Shown: in pieces, positions 8,670 to 18,938 of the stretch | Numbering within the stretch: the stretch's first letter is position 1 | How the letters are laid out: every line of letters begins with the position of its first letter | From: Deltaproteobacteria bacterium | Lineage (GTDB): Bacteria; JAEEML01 | DNA: 59,640 nt | NCBI GenBank assembly: GCA_016283195.1 | Contig: JAEEML010000144.1 | Location: 1-59,640, forward strand | Direction: 5' to 3' | Program-made: the position numbers and the translations under genes | The notes under the pieces: model-generated | Databases searched by the model: none | What the model was told of the DNA's origin: nothing | What the model saw: only the letters and a program-made list of their open reading frames with translations

Positions 8670-8722
8670 GATATTTTTTATATAGGTAGCTTTACTGATT
8701 ATTTGATTGAATTTCTTAATTT

Positions 8723-9532
8723 TTATTCAGCTTTGGCTTCGGCGGCGGCCGGCTTTTCTTCTTTTTTGGCTTCCGGCGGCAAAGGAGCAACTTCGCCCTT
8801 TAAAAGGGCCAGTTCGCTGACAGAGTTGTAATAGCGCTTTTGCCAATCGGCCAATTTATCTTCGGCGAGTTCCGCTTTGCCTTTGGCAATAATATCGGCC
8901 TGGCGATAATCTTCAATACGCCGTTCCATGCGCGAAAGGGAGCGCTTCAAAGCAGTGCGCTCTTCGGCAAGTTCTTTATTTTTAGCTTTGATAGCCTTTA
9001 ATTCTTCTTCAAGAGCGGCAATGCGCCCCTCAAGAGCCGGGTCTTTAGCCGCTTTTGCCGGCGCCGGTTCTTTGGCAACCACTTCATCTTGAAGGGCTTT
9101 TTCTGCTTTTTTGGCTACTTTGCCGGCTGTTGCTTTAACATTTTCGAGTTCGCTCTTTAGCTCTTCGCGCTCAGTTCTAAGCTGCTCCAGCGAAGCATAA
9201 ACTTTGTTAAATTCATTATTGCGAATATCAAATTCTTCTTTTTGTTTATTAAGAGCTTTTTGTAAATCGGCGATTTCTTGTTTTATTTCGTCGTTTTTAC
9301 GGCGCGATTTAGACAGCTTTTCGCGATATTCCTGAATATTGCCGCTGTTACTCCGGCTGTCTTCTTGCACTTTTTGCAAATTGCTTTTGAGCTCTTTTAT
9401 TTGATCATTAAGAACATCCTGTTTGGCTTTTAGCTCATAAGTTATTTTGTTTTTGCCATTTAAGATAATGGTCAGCACCACTACTACTATACTGGCTAGT
9501 GCAACTAATCCCCACACTGCTTCTACTGGCAT
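8723..9532 (-). CDS. Membrane-anchored coiled-coil protein
   Basis: N-terminal TM helix followed by long E/K/L heptad-rich sequence. Confidence 0.7.
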   Translation of the reverse strand: MPVEAVWGLVALASIVVVVLTIILNGKNKITYELKAKQDVLNDQIKELKSNLQKVQEDSRSNSGNIQEYREKLSKSRRKNDEIKQEIADLQKALNKQKEEFDIRNNEFNKVYASLEQLRTEREELKSELENVKATAGKVAKKAEKALQDEVVAKEPAPAKAAKDPALEGRIAALEEELKAIKAKNKELAEERTALKRSLSRMERRIEDYRQADIIAKGKAELAEDKLADWQKRYYNSVSELALLKGEVAPLPPEAKKEEKPAAAEAKAE

Positions 9533-9584
9533 GATTCACCTCTTTTAAAAATAGGATTTACCAAAAGAGCCGTTAAGAGCCGGC

Positions 9585-10097
9585 TCACCGCTCATCAGGT
9601 ACAATAACAATATAGCGCTCATCACCATCGCCTGTCGAGTGGGTAGATACACCGGGATACTCTTTTAAGGCCATGTGCACAATACGCCGCTCACCGGCCG
9701 GCATGGGTTTTAACTCAATAGTATGGCCGGTATCTATAGCTTTATTAGCCATTCTGATAGCCATTTGCGTGACAATATCACGCCGCCGTTCGGTATAATC
9801 ATCAACATCTACCAGCACTTCCGGTGCTGCGCCGTGGAAATGTTTTTGCAGCATTAAAGTTAAAAGCATTTGCATAGCATGCAAAGTATCGCCATGGCGG
9901 CCAATCAAGAGGCTTTCATCGTTTCCTTTAAGAGAAATAAGCGGCACACCATCGCGTTCGCTCACAGTTATGGTTATGTCGGCCCCCATTAAATTAAGCA
10001 ATTTACCAATGAGTTCACGGGCCACATTCACGGTCTCTTCCGGCGTAGGCGCCGCCACAGCTGCTGTTTCCTCTTTTTTGGTTTCGATGTCACTCAT
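9585..10097 (-). CDS. khpB: KhpB/Jag/EloR RNA-binding protein (KH + R3H)
   Basis: LLIGRHGDTLHA KH motif; ERRIVH R3H motif; downstream of yidC. Confidence 0.88.
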   Translation of the reverse strand: MSDIETKKEETAAVAAPTPEETVNVARELIGKLLNLMGADITITVSERDGVPLISLKGNDESLLIGRHGDTLHAMQMLLTLMLQKHFHGAAPEVLVDVDDYTERRRDIVTQMAIRMANKAIDTGHTIELKPMPAGERRIVHMALKEYPGVSTHSTGDGDERYIVIVPDER

Positions 10098-10116
10098 AAT
10101 AATACCTCCACTAGGG

Positions 10117-11841
10117 TTAAGATGCTTTATAAGTTTTGTTGATATAAAGCTGGTGCAAAATACTCAAGATGGAATTAACCAGTGTATAGAGCACCAGAGC
10201 ACTGGGCAAAGCAAACATAATAAGGGTTAAAAACACCGGCATAGTGTACATCATCACCTTCATTTGCTGATTTTGCTGGCTGTTATTGCTGGGCGACATA
10301 AATTTTTGTTGCAAAAAGGTCATCAGCCCGAGAGCAATGGCCAAAAAAGGTATCGGCTCTTTGAGAGAAAGGTCGCTAATCCAGAGGAATGGCTGCTGAT
10401 AGAGCTCAACTGCCGAACCGATAGCCCGGTAAAGTGCCACATAAATGGGCATTTGCAAGAGCATAGGCAGGCAGCCGGTCATCAGCGGATTAAAATGCTC
10501 CTCTTGATAGAGTTTCATCATCTCCCGCGTTTGGGCTTCCTGATCGTTGGCATAGCGCTTTTTAATTTCTTCCAGCTTGGGTTGCAATTTTTGCATGGCC
10601 CGCATAGAGAGCATATTTTTATGATTAACCGGAGTTAATATGAGTTTTACTACCAGAGTAAGCAAAATAATAGCGAGGCCGTAGCTGCCGGTCCAGTCAT
10701 GGAAAATCCCCATCAGCCAGAGCATGGGCTTAGCTAAAAAGGCCAGAGGTATGCCCCAGAGCACATAATCAACCGATTCTTCGAGAGCCATATCAGCCAT
10801 ATCAAAGGATTTTTGCATTTTGGGGCCGATAAAAGCACGGTAATTAATGGTGGTACTGGCACCCGGCGCTATATTGCGGCTATCCATAATATAAGATATT
10901 TCCGCATAAGCCTCGTTTGTCTTCTTATGTAAGTGACAAACACCGTGGGGCAAAGGAAAATCCGGGCTGGGGCCAACAGCCGCCAGGAAATATTGCCGAT
11001 CGGCGCCGACCCAGCGAATATTACCCTGATATTCTTCGTCTTTTTCCACTTTTTTGGCTGGCTTTGCCTCCAAATCTTTATCAAGAAGGCACTTTAAAGT
11101 GAGCACATCAATAGCTGGAGCCATAAAAGTGCTCTCATGGAGGCTCTCAAAGCCTTCCACTGTCACCTCGGGAATAATGGGCAGAACAACTCGCGAACGG
11201 TTGGTAATTTTTGCTTCCACATCAACGATATAGCTATCTTTGTGCTTATAGCGCAAATCAACTGCCAGCTGTTTTGTCTCGCTGTGCAAAATTATTTCAT
11301 CGCTACTCTTAGCCAGCACTTTATAGCCTTTGGGCATTTCGATATACTCGCCCAAAGTAAGGCGGAGCTGCTCATTCGGCACCATGGAAACCGGCTGCCC
11401 GGCCACCTCTTTTATATCCCCCTGAGCTTTGTCTTTAGGCAGCTCCTCACCAAGGCGCATGGTAAAATCTTTTAAATTCCAGGTAGTAAAGGTGGCATTC
11501 TTATTGGAAATGGCAATATCGCCGGCCGCGGTTGAGAAGGGATAAAACTCTTCTATAAAAGGTTTGGCGGCTATAGCAGCTGAAGCTGCGGCTGGGCTAT
11601 CGCTCGCGCCATCGGTTACGCTGTCGGTTGAACCATCGCTCCGCGCATCAGCGCTTTGCAAAGCGAGCGCCGGGATAAAAGAGGGCGCCACGGCCTTGGC
11701 GGAAAGTGTCTCCGTAGCGGCATCGAGAACAGCTGCCGGCTCCGCTTCTGGGGCGGGGAAAAGAGCTTTCCAGCCCACCCAAATTGCTAAAATAATAATA
11801 GTAGTAAGAAGGATGCGACCTTCCTGATGTTGTTCATTCAT
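10117..11841 (-). CDS. yidC: Membrane protein insertase YidC
   Basis: [39 protein letters not shown]; synteny. Confidence 0.96.
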   Translation of the reverse strand: MNEQHQEGRILLTTIIILAIWVGWKALFPAPEAEPAAVLDAATETLSAKAVAPSFIPALALQSADARSDGSTDSVTDGASDSPAAASAAIAAKPFIEEFYPFSTAAGDIAISNKNATFTTWNLKDFTMRLGEELPKDKAQGDIKEVAGQPVSMVPNEQLRLTLGEYIEMPKGYKVLAKSSDEIILHSETKQLAVDLRYKHKDSYIVDVEAKITNRSRVVLPIIPEVTVEGFESLHESTFMAPAIDVLTLKCLLDKDLEAKPAKKVEKDEEYQGNIRWVGADRQYFLAAVGPSPDFPLPHGVCHLHKKTNEAYAEISYIMDSRNIAPGASTTINYRAFIGPKMQKSFDMADMALEESVDYVLWGIPLAFLAKPMLWLMGIFHDWTGSYGLAIILLTLVVKLILTPVNHKNMLSMRAMQKLQPKLEEIKKRYANDQEAQTREMMKLYQEEHFNPLMTGCLPMLLQMPIYVALYRAIGSAVELYQQPFLWISDLSLKEPIPFLAIALGLMTFLQQKFMSPSNNSQQNQQMKVMMYTMPVFLTLIMFALPSALVLYTLVNSILSILHQLYINKTYKAS

Positions 11842-12101
11842 GGTACGGGATCATAGCCTCCGGGATGAAAGGGATGGCATTTTAAAATACGCTTTAAGCC
11901 GAGGAAAAAGCCGCGCACAAAACCATAGCGTCTAATAGCTTCATAAGTATATTGCGAACAAGTGGGGCGAAAGCGACAAACTGGCGGTTTTAAAGGAGAA
12001 ATATAGCGTCTGTAAAAAGTAATAAGGAGCAGCGCCAGCCTAGCCGGCAGGGAGATAAGGAGAGTTATAAGGCTCTTATTTTCCTTTTCTTCCATGCTCA
12101 C
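11838..12101 (-). CDS. yidD: Membrane protein insertion efficiency factor YidD
   Basis: [10 protein letters not shown]...[14 protein letters not shown]. Confidence 0.95.
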   Translation of the reverse strand: MSMEEKENKSLITLLISLPARLALLLITFYRRYISPLKPPVCRFRPTCSQYTYEAIRRYGFVRGFFLGLKRILKCHPFHPGGYDPVP

Positions 12102-12472
12102 TCTCTTTGTCTGCCGCTCGCCATGAGGCCAGCCTTTTTAAAAAGGCGCTCGCTATCTTTAGCCAAATCAACAAAAGTGGCTTTAAGAGAAGCCGGTTTG
12201 GCAATAAGCACAATATCGGCCTCTTTTGTGGCCAAAGCTCTAAGTTCCCGCCCCAAATGTCTAAGCCGGCGGCGCAATAAATTGCGCTCATGCGCCAGGT
12301 GGGAAACCCGCTTACTCACAGTAAGGCCGACCCTAAGGCCCTGCCCACTTGCCGTTTCGTAAACATAAAGCACCACATAGCGACCGGGATAACGCTTTCC
12401 CTCAGCTTGCGCAGTAAGAAACTCTACCCGCTTAATCAAACGGGCAGTGCGGGGAAAACAGGCTCTTGTCAT
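12098..12472 (-). CDS. rnpA: RNase P protein component
   Basis: [10 protein letters not shown]...[10 protein letters not shown]; synteny. Confidence 0.9.
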   Translation of the reverse strand: MTRACFPRTARLIKRVEFLTAQAEGKRYPGRYVVLYVYETASGQGLRVGLTVSKRVSHLAHERNLLRRRLRHLGRELRALATKEADIVLIAKPASLKATFVDLAKDSERLFKKAGLMASGRQRE

Positions 12473-12524
12473 GCTCTTAGCGGTGCAAAGTAACCCCAGC
12501 GGTTACCGCATAGAAAGCGGAGAC

Positions 12525-12674
12525 TTACTTGGTGTAAATGGTAGCAGCCAGATTTTTGCGACCTTTGGCCCGGCGGCGACGAATAACATTGCGCCCACCG
12601 GCGGTAGCCATACGAGCTCTAAAGCCTAATCTGTTAATGCGGCGGCGATTATGAGGTTGAAATGTCCGTTTCAT
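12525..12674 (-). CDS. rpmH: 50S ribosomal protein L34 (absent from ORF track)
   Basis: Manual translation [49 protein letters not shown]. Confidence 0.97.
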   Translation of the reverse strand: MKRTFQPHNRRRINRLGFRARMATAGGRNVIRRRRAKGRKNLAATIYTK

Positions 12675-12748
12675 TTTATCTCTCCATTCAGGCTAAATTA
12701 AAACGTTACATAAGCCATTGGCCAACATGGAGGCCAACTGGTGGCGCT

Positions 12749-12776
12749 ATGTTACGCAATAATAGCCTTTTGTCAA
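12749..12776 (-). promoter_or_regulatory. Sigma70-like promoter of the rpmH operon
   Basis: Minus strand TTGACA-N16-TAACAT. Confidence 0.55.
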
Positions 12777-12824
12777 TATATATTTAGTTTTTTGTGGCCA
12801 AAGAAATGGTTTTAAAGCTCTTTA

Positions 12825-14162
12825 TCAGGCGCCGAGCCGTTTCCAGAGCGCCTTGGCCAATTCGCGAGCTTTAGCATGAGCCTCAACTTCGTCGATAGTG
12901 GTTAACTGGCCATCTTTTAAAAGCACTTTACCGTTTACAATGGTATGCTTAGCGGTGGTATAACGCACGCCGAAGAGGAAATGGCCGAGGAAGTTATTTA
13001 CGGTAATGGGCGTTGGGGCCAAATAATCAAAAACGGCGATATCGGCTACCGCTCCCGGAGTAAGTTCACCGAGAGTAACGCCAAAAAGTTTGCTGCTAAA
13101 ATCAATATTACCATCAAAGAGCAAAGTGCCGCTCTCTATAAAGCCCACGCCGGGATCTTTGGTCACCAGCCGTTGCAACATGGAGACAGTGGTGGCTTCC
13201 TGGCGGATATCGCCGCTCATACCGTCGCTACCCAGACCCACGCGCACTCCATGCTCCAGCATTTGAATGATGCGGGCGGCACCAACGGCATTATTCATAT
13301 TGGATTGGGGATTGTGCACCACAAAAGATTTAGTCTCGGCAAGCAGTTCAATCTCTTCATGATCGACATGAATACAATGGGCACAAATGGTCTTGGATCC
13401 CAGCATACCAAAATCGGCCAGGCGGCGCAAAACGCGCTTATTGTAATGGGTTAAATTATAATCCTGGTCGGCTTGGCCTTCGGCGCAGTGCACATGGTAA
13501 CCGATACCCACATCACTGCCGGCTTCGGCGCATTGTTCCAAGCTGCTGTCGCTCAAAGTAAAAGCGGCATGGAGGCCAAAAAGCCCCTGCATCATAGTGG
13601 GGGTTGTCTCACGGCAATGTTTGGCAAAAGCCACATTTTCATTAATACCCTCTTTCATTATGTCGAGGCCGTCGCGGTCGGAAACTTCATAACAGGTAGC
13701 GAGGCGCAGCGGCACCTTTTCCGCCGCTTTGGCAATAGTAAAAAGCGAGCCGGTGACGGCATGGGGGCTGGCATGGTGATCCAGCATGGTGGTGGCGCCG
13801 GCACGCACCGCTTGAATCATCGGGAGTAGTGCCGAGTAATATATATCATCTTGGTTCAACCCTTTATCTAGCTTCCACCAGAGATTTTCCAAAATATCGG
13901 TAAAAGTTTTGGGAGTGGGGCCGAGCGGGGCCATACCCCGGGCAAATGTGCTGTAAAGGTGCATGTGGGAGTTGATGAGGCCGGGCATAACAAGGCGCCC
14001 TTCCGCATCCAGTTCTTCATCGGCTTTACCTTGCCAGGAGCCGCTTGGGCCAACAGCCAAAATTTTGCCCTCGCTGATAATTACCTCGCCGTTTTCAATA
14101 ATCTGGGGATTTTTGCCCATTGTGGCCACAACACCGTTTTTCAGCCGAATAACCTCACTCAT
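12825..14162 (-). CDS. ssnA: SsnA-like metal-dependent amidohydrolase
   Basis: MPGLINSHMHLYS, LENLWWKLD, DHHASP, HVHCAEG, HNPQSNMNN, GLGSDG. Confidence 0.85.
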   Translation of the reverse strand: MSEVIRLKNGVVATMGKNPQIIENGEVIISEGKILAVGPSGSWQGKADEELDAEGRLVMPGLINSHMHLYSTFARGMAPLGPTPKTFTDILENLWWKLDKGLNQDDIYYSALLPMIQAVRAGATTMLDHHASPHAVTGSLFTIAKAAEKVPLRLATCYEVSDRDGLDIMKEGINENVAFAKHCRETTPTMMQGLFGLHAAFTLSDSSLEQCAEAGSDVGIGYHVHCAEGQADQDYNLTHYNKRVLRRLADFGMLGSKTICAHCIHVDHEEIELLAETKSFVVHNPQSNMNNAVGAARIIQMLEHGVRVGLGSDGMSGDIRQEATTVSMLQRLVTKDPGVGFIESGTLLFDGNIDFSSKLFGVTLGELTPGAVADIAVFDYLAPTPITVNNFLGHFLFGVRYTTAKHTIVNGKVLLKDGQLTTIDEVEAHAKARELAKALWKRLGA

Positions 14163-14298
14163 ACACACTTCTCCGTTGTTATTGGCTCTCGCTATTGAGA
14201 GCGGGAAGTATCATAATGGATTCATTATAAAAGTGAAGAGCTTATTCTTGTATTTTATATATTATTGCCGGAAAAGCCGGAGAGGGAGGATTTTTTAA

Positions 14299-14790
14299 TT
14301 ACTTTTTCGCTGAGGCTTTTTTAGCGGGAGCTTTCTTTACTTCTTTTTTGGCCGGAGCGGCTTTCTTGGCCGGAGCGGCAGGAGCTTTTTTAACTTCTTC
14401 TTTTTTGGCGGGGGCCGCTTTTTTTGCCGGAGCAGCCTTCTTTACTTCCTCTTTTTTGGCCGGAGCGGCTTTCTTGGCCGGAGCGGCAGGAACTTTTTTA
14501 ACTTCTTCTTTTTTAGCGGGGGCAGCCTTTTTCGCCGGGGCCTTCTTTGCTGCTTCTTTTTTAGGATCTTCTTTCTTTATTTCAACCATGTCTTCCAAGC
14601 GGGCTTGGAGGCCGATTTGAATCATAAGAGCCAATTCTTCTGGCGCGGATATATCATCCTCTTTGGCAAAATCTTCAATCATAATGAGTAGTTCTTCAGG
14701 CATTTCAATGCTTAAAGTAACAAATTTGCTCTCTTTAATTGCTGCGCTTTGTTTACTACTCTTACTACTTGATTTTTTTGCTGTGGCCAT
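14299..14790 (-). CDS. Histone H1/AlgP-like PAKK-repeat protein with N-terminal ribbon-helix-helix-like segment
   Basis: KKAAPAKKEEV repeats; VTLSIEMPEELL...FAKEDDIS pattern resembles CopG/RHH. Confidence 0.65.
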   Translation of the reverse strand: MATAKKSSSKSSKQSAAIKESKFVTLSIEMPEELLIMIEDFAKEDDISAPEELALMIQIGLQARLEDMVEIKKEDPKKEAAKKAPAKKAAPAKKEEVKKVPAAPAKKAAPAKKEEVKKAAPAKKAAPAKKEEVKKAPAAPAKKAAPAKKEVKKAPAKKASAKK

Positions 14791-14984
14791 ATTTTGACTC
14801 CTTTAGCCATAAAGACTTGCCGGCACCTAACCCACCATGGTGGCCGCCCAGGCAAGAAACATAAGCAAAATTTTAACAAAGTATTGGTATAAGTGCAATA
14901 GAAAAGGGGCGCTAATTTTTGATTTTTTTAAAAATAACGATTAGCAGATTTTAGCGGAAGCTTTTAAGAGCGAGAAAAGTATAA

Positions 14985-16352
14985 TTACTTGATATTCTGA
15001 GCGCCGTATTTAGCCATAGCGCCGAAGAGTTGATACATCTCCTCACGCGGATAGTGGTTGGCATACATACTGACATTGGTTTGAATGGTACCCACCTGAT
15101 TCATACCGAGAGCCGAACGGAATTGGTTGGCCGGGGAGTTGGGGTTGAAATCAGTCTTTTCGGTGTAGCTGACATTTAAGAAGTTTTTCAGATAATTTTG
15201 GTTGATTTTGGTGCCGAAAGCTTTGGGATCGGTCAGGTTGATATTGCCATCGAGGCTCTCGTAATCATCTTCGATATCTTCAAAATCAGCATAGCGGATA
15301 TATTTCACGCTGGGGGAGACGGTGTAAGAGAAATCGCCCTTGCGGTTAAGGAAGAAGACATTGTTATCAACTTTAACTTTTTTGGTTTTGTCGTTGCCCT
15401 TACTCATATCAACAGCGGACATGACGGTGAGGCCAAAGATGTTGTGGTGGAAGTTGCAGCTGAAGTCTGATTCGCAGCGCACGCCGTAGCCCATATCGCC
15501 AAGGTCATTCAGGCGGCTCCAAGTGAAGAGGACGGTGTTGTTGGCTACTTCCAGATTGGCAGCGTGCACTTTGGGCGCACCCTTTTTGGCCCAGGGATCA
15601 ACAAAGGCGCCAAAGACACTGATGGCCTGCATACGGATGTTCATAAAGACATTGTTTTTAACAGTGAAGGTGCCCTTGGGGAAAGAGCTTTGGACACCAA
15701 AGTTGTCGCCGTTGGCAAAGAGGCAGTTCTGCACAGTGAAGTTGCCTTCGCCGCCGGTGCCGTCAACGTGGAGGAGGGCCCGCTCACGTGAGGAGAATTG
15801 GGCTTCCTGAGTGGGGTTGTCGATGGTGTTGCCCTTGGCGGGGCCGGTGGGAACCAGCATACCGAGAGCAAAGCCTTCCGGTTTACCTTTATTGGGGTGA
15901 TAGGTATTGGAAAAAGCCTCGTCGATGGTGAGCCCGTCAACCACCACGTTGTAGCCTTTCTTGCCGCTAAGTTTGTAGGCGAGAATACCGCGGCCGGTGC
16001 CTTGGTCGGGGTTATTGGCGTTCATGGGTTGCAAAACGGTGGGGTTCTTAATAGGGTCGCGGGAGCTGAAATCATTGGTATAACCACCGATAATGTTAAC
16101 CGGCTCATTGACCTCAAACCAACCCTGCTTGGCTTTGCCCTGATAAATGCCGCCGGCTACGTGAATTGTGTCACCGGCCTTGGCTTCGGCAATGGCTTTG
16201 AAAAGGTTTTTGTAAGGTGCGGCTTTGGTGCCGGCGTTGTCGCCTTTGTTTTTGCCTGTTTCAATAGAAACATAAATGTCGGCAGCCTGAGCAGTGGTGG
16301 CGCCCATCATAATGATGGCCAGAGCGGTTAGAAACGAGTGAGACTTTTTCAT
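14985..16352 (-). CDS. Secreted DUF1565/right-handed beta-helix protein
   Basis: Signal peptide ending AQA; IYVS...GTKAAPYKNL..AI...GDTIHVAGGIY; NNVF/NNTV beta-helix repeats; start placed at ATG after AAGGAGG. Confidence 0.75.
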   Translation of the reverse strand: MKKSHSFLTALAIIMMGATTAQAADIYVSIETGKNKGDNAGTKAAPYKNLFKAIAEAKAGDTIHVAGGIYQGKAKQGWFEVNEPVNIIGGYTNDFSSRDPIKNPTVLQPMNANNPDQGTGRGILAYKLSGKKGYNVVVDGLTIDEAFSNTYHPNKGKPEGFALGMLVPTGPAKGNTIDNPTQEAQFSSRERALLHVDGTGGEGNFTVQNCLFANGDNFGVQSSFPKGTFTVKNNVFMNIRMQAISVFGAFVDPWAKKGAPKVHAANLEVANNTVLFTWSRLNDLGDMGYGVRCESDFSCNFHHNIFGLTVMSAVDMSKGNDKTKKVKVDNNVFFLNRKGDFSYTVSPSVKYIRYADFEDIEDDYESLDGNINLTDPKAFGTKINQNYLKNFLNVSYTEKTDFNPNSPANQFRSALGMNQVGTIQTNVSMYANHYPREEMYQLFGAMAKYGAQNIK

Positions 16353-16482
16353 TAGGGAGACCTCCTTAATAGATGCTTTACCATAAAGCATGCGGGTGAG
16401 GATTATGCACAAACTGCCTCTAAATGCAATAGACTTATGCAAGCCGCCATATTCGGGGAAAGTCCACTCTATAAACGCTCTT

Positions 16483-17838
16483 TCAGCCTAAAAGATACTC
16501 CCAGAGCGGCCCCTTTTTGCCCCGTTTTTCGCGGAGACGGCGCATGACAGCGCTATGATCTTCATCGGGGAAAATCCAGGGGCGCCCGCTCTTTTTGGCG
16601 AGTTCCTTGCAGTAATCCAAATCTATAGGTATTTGATAATACTTAGGAATAATCAAAGGATCATCTTCTTTGATATAGCCTTCTTTGATAGCCAGCCTTT
16701 GGAGCGGCGTATGTGGATAGATGCGCATCCCAAAAAAGGGGAAGAAAGCGGTGCGCGGCAAAAGGCGGGAGTGCTCCATGGTTTCGGCAACAGTCGCCGC
16801 TGTTTCCCCCGGCCCGCCCAAAATAAGAAAATGAGCCTGGTAAATATCGGCCTCGGCGGCTATTTGCGAAGTTTTCAGCACATCGGCAAAGGTAAAATCC
16901 TTGCCATAACTTTTGAGCACGCTATCGGAAAGCGACTCGGTGCCCCACTCAATATGTGTGAGTCCGGCCGCTTTTAAGAGCTGCAAAAGCTCCAAGGTGA
17001 TATTTTCCGGTGCAAAATAACCGCCCCAGCGCAGCTTTAGCCTTTTATTTACAATAGCCTCCCCGAGCTCCCAAACATAATCCGGCAAAAGTGTAAAAAG
17101 CGAATCGGTAAAAAAGACATAATCATAACCATGGGCAACGAGATAGGTTAGGCTCTCCACCACGCGTTCCACTGGCATAGAGCGCACAGTGCGCCCTTCT
17201 ATAACCGGATAAGTGCAATAAATACAATGTTTTGAGCAACCGCGCCTGGTTTGCAGATTCACCATGCCGCCCTTTAACCAATACCAGGGCATGAGCTCTT
17301 CATCGTATATGGGGCAGTAGGGCAACGCGCTCATGGGAGTAAAAGGATTGGTTTTTATTTCTCCGGCCGCCTCATAATACAAAAGGCCGGAAACACCAGC
17401 AAGACTTTGGCCGCCGGCCAGCGCCGCGATTAAATCCGGCAGTGATTTTTCGCCTTCGCCGCGCAGGCCGAAATCAAGGCCAAGACGCCTGAAGAGCTCC
17501 GGCCCAAAGATGGAAAAGCCGGCTCCGCCGCCGATAATTTTGGCCTGTGGCAAAACTTCGCGGGTAGCGCTTATAAGCTCGCGGTATGCTTCAACAAAAG
17601 CTTCGGGATTTAGCGAATTGGCACCGTCGATATTTCTAAAAGAGATAGAGACAAAATCGGGAGCAAAAGCGGCCAAAGCTGCCCGGTAAGCCGCATTATC
17701 CAGCTTATTCAAATCAAGTGATAAAAGCTCGGCTTGCGGCAAACGGGCTTTAAGAGCTGCCGAGAGATAGGCGAGAGCCAGGGGATAAACGGGATATGGG
17801 TCAATGAGCCTGTTGGCCGATACCAAAACAATTTTCAC
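16483..17838 (-). CDS. B12-binding radical SAM protein (lipid-biosynthesis-associated type)
   Basis: PYPVYPLA N-terminus, SFRNID, RGCSKHCIYC CxxxCxxC motif. Confidence 0.85.
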   Translation of the reverse strand: MKIVLVSANRLIDPYPVYPLALAYLSAALKARLPQAELLSLDLNKLDNAAYRAALAAFAPDFVSISFRNIDGANSLNPEAFVEAYRELISATREVLPQAKIIGGGAGFSIFGPELFRRLGLDFGLRGEGEKSLPDLIAALAGGQSLAGVSGLLYYEAAGEIKTNPFTPMSALPYCPIYDEELMPWYWLKGGMVNLQTRRGCSKHCIYCTYPVIEGRTVRSMPVERVVESLTYLVAHGYDYVFFTDSLFTLLPDYVWELGEAIVNKRLKLRWGGYFAPENITLELLQLLKAAGLTHIEWGTESLSDSVLKSYGKDFTFADVLKTSQIAAEADIYQAHFLILGGPGETAATVAETMEHSRLLPRTAFFPFFGMRIYPHTPLQRLAIKEGYIKEDDPLIIPKYYQIPIDLDYCKELAKKSGRPWIFPDEDHSAVMRRLREKRGKKGPLWEYLLG

Positions 17839-17846
17839 TATTTCTC

Positions 17847-18935
17847 CTAATGCTGCCCCCAGCCTCTAAAGCGGATAAAGCGGGCAAATCTATCAATAAA
17901 AAGATTAATGGGCTGCAATTCGAAAAGTGCCGGCGACTCATGGCGGGCAATATAGCAGGTGGTAATGTTTTCATAAAAAAGATTTGTGAGTTCCGGCGGA
18001 AAGCTTATCTCGGCCGGCGCAAATTCCTCACCGCGGCGCTCGGCCCCTATGGCATTAAGCAAAAGCTGCATAAAAACGGCTTTTAAATATTCAAAAGCAA
18101 GAGAGGATATTTGCGTAGCGCCAAGAGCTATTTTCATTATAGCAAAATCTTCAGTAAATTCAGGGGAATATTCATCAAATTCGGCACTTTGCAATACCAT
18201 TTTTCCCCCCTCAGCATCTATTTCCAAATCCGGCAGGGAGAGGTCAAACAAACTGCCCAAAGGGTAACCGATGTAGGAATTTATGGCATCAAGAGCCTCG
18301 GCGCCGTTGCTATAATGCTGAGCTACGGCCCCGTAACCGACAGAGCGCACCACACTATCTGTCCATTTACCGAGTTTCAGTTCCAATTTGGCACTTATTG
18401 TCAAATAGGCATTTTTTACTGCCGGCTCGGCCCAGCGTTTTTGTAAGTATTCGTATTTATGCGCCAGCTCCGGATTATCCGCATTTAGAGCGCTATTTTT
18501 AGAAAGGCGTTCCACACCGCCATCCACCTCTTTATTATATATAGCCTCTTTTAAGCGCTTGCTGTTTTGGCTCTCGGCGGCAGCTTCCAGCTTTTGCTGC
18601 ACCAGCGCCGCTCTATCAAGAGTAGCTTCGGCTTTTTCCGCCGCTTTAAGGAGCTTTTCTTTGGGGGAGCGCATGGCGGCAATGGAGCTCTCTTCGCGGG
18701 CCAGGCGCTGTGCTTTTAAACGCTCAGCCTTTTCGGCGGCCGCTTTTTCCGCTAAAAGGCGGGCTTTTTCTTTGGCTGAAAGGGGCTTTTCCGCCACTTC
18801 TTCCCGGCGAATCGGCGCTTCACGCGCAAGAACACTGCGCCCCCCGGAATGCTGGCGCTCCTCCACCCGCTCTTTGGCTTCTTCCAATTTCTTTTTGGCC
18901 GCTTTACGCCGTTCTTCCAGGGATAAGATTTCCAC
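17847..18935 (-). CDS. Hypothetical protein with charged helical N-terminus
   Basis: 362-aa ORF tightly packed in the operon. Confidence 0.65.
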   Translation of the reverse strand: MEILSLEERRKAAKKKLEEAKERVEERQHSGGRSVLAREAPIRREEVAEKPLSAKEKARLLAEKAAAEKAERLKAQRLAREESSIAAMRSPKEKLLKAAEKAEATLDRAALVQQKLEAAAESQNSKRLKEAIYNKEVDGGVERLSKNSALNADNPELAHKYEYLQKRWAEPAVKNAYLTISAKLELKLGKWTDSVVRSVGYGAVAQHYSNGAEALDAINSYIGYPLGSLFDLSLPDLEIDAEGGKMVLQSAEFDEYSPEFTEDFAIMKIALGATQISSLAFEYLKAVFMQLLLNAIGAERRGEEFAPAEISFPPELTNLFYENITTCYIARHESPALFELQPINLFIDRFARFIRFRGWGQH

Positions 18936-18938
18936 AAA

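Noticed and set aside
12675-12824. oriC upstream of rpmH
   Set aside because: No dnaA and no cluster of TTATCCACA-like boxes seen
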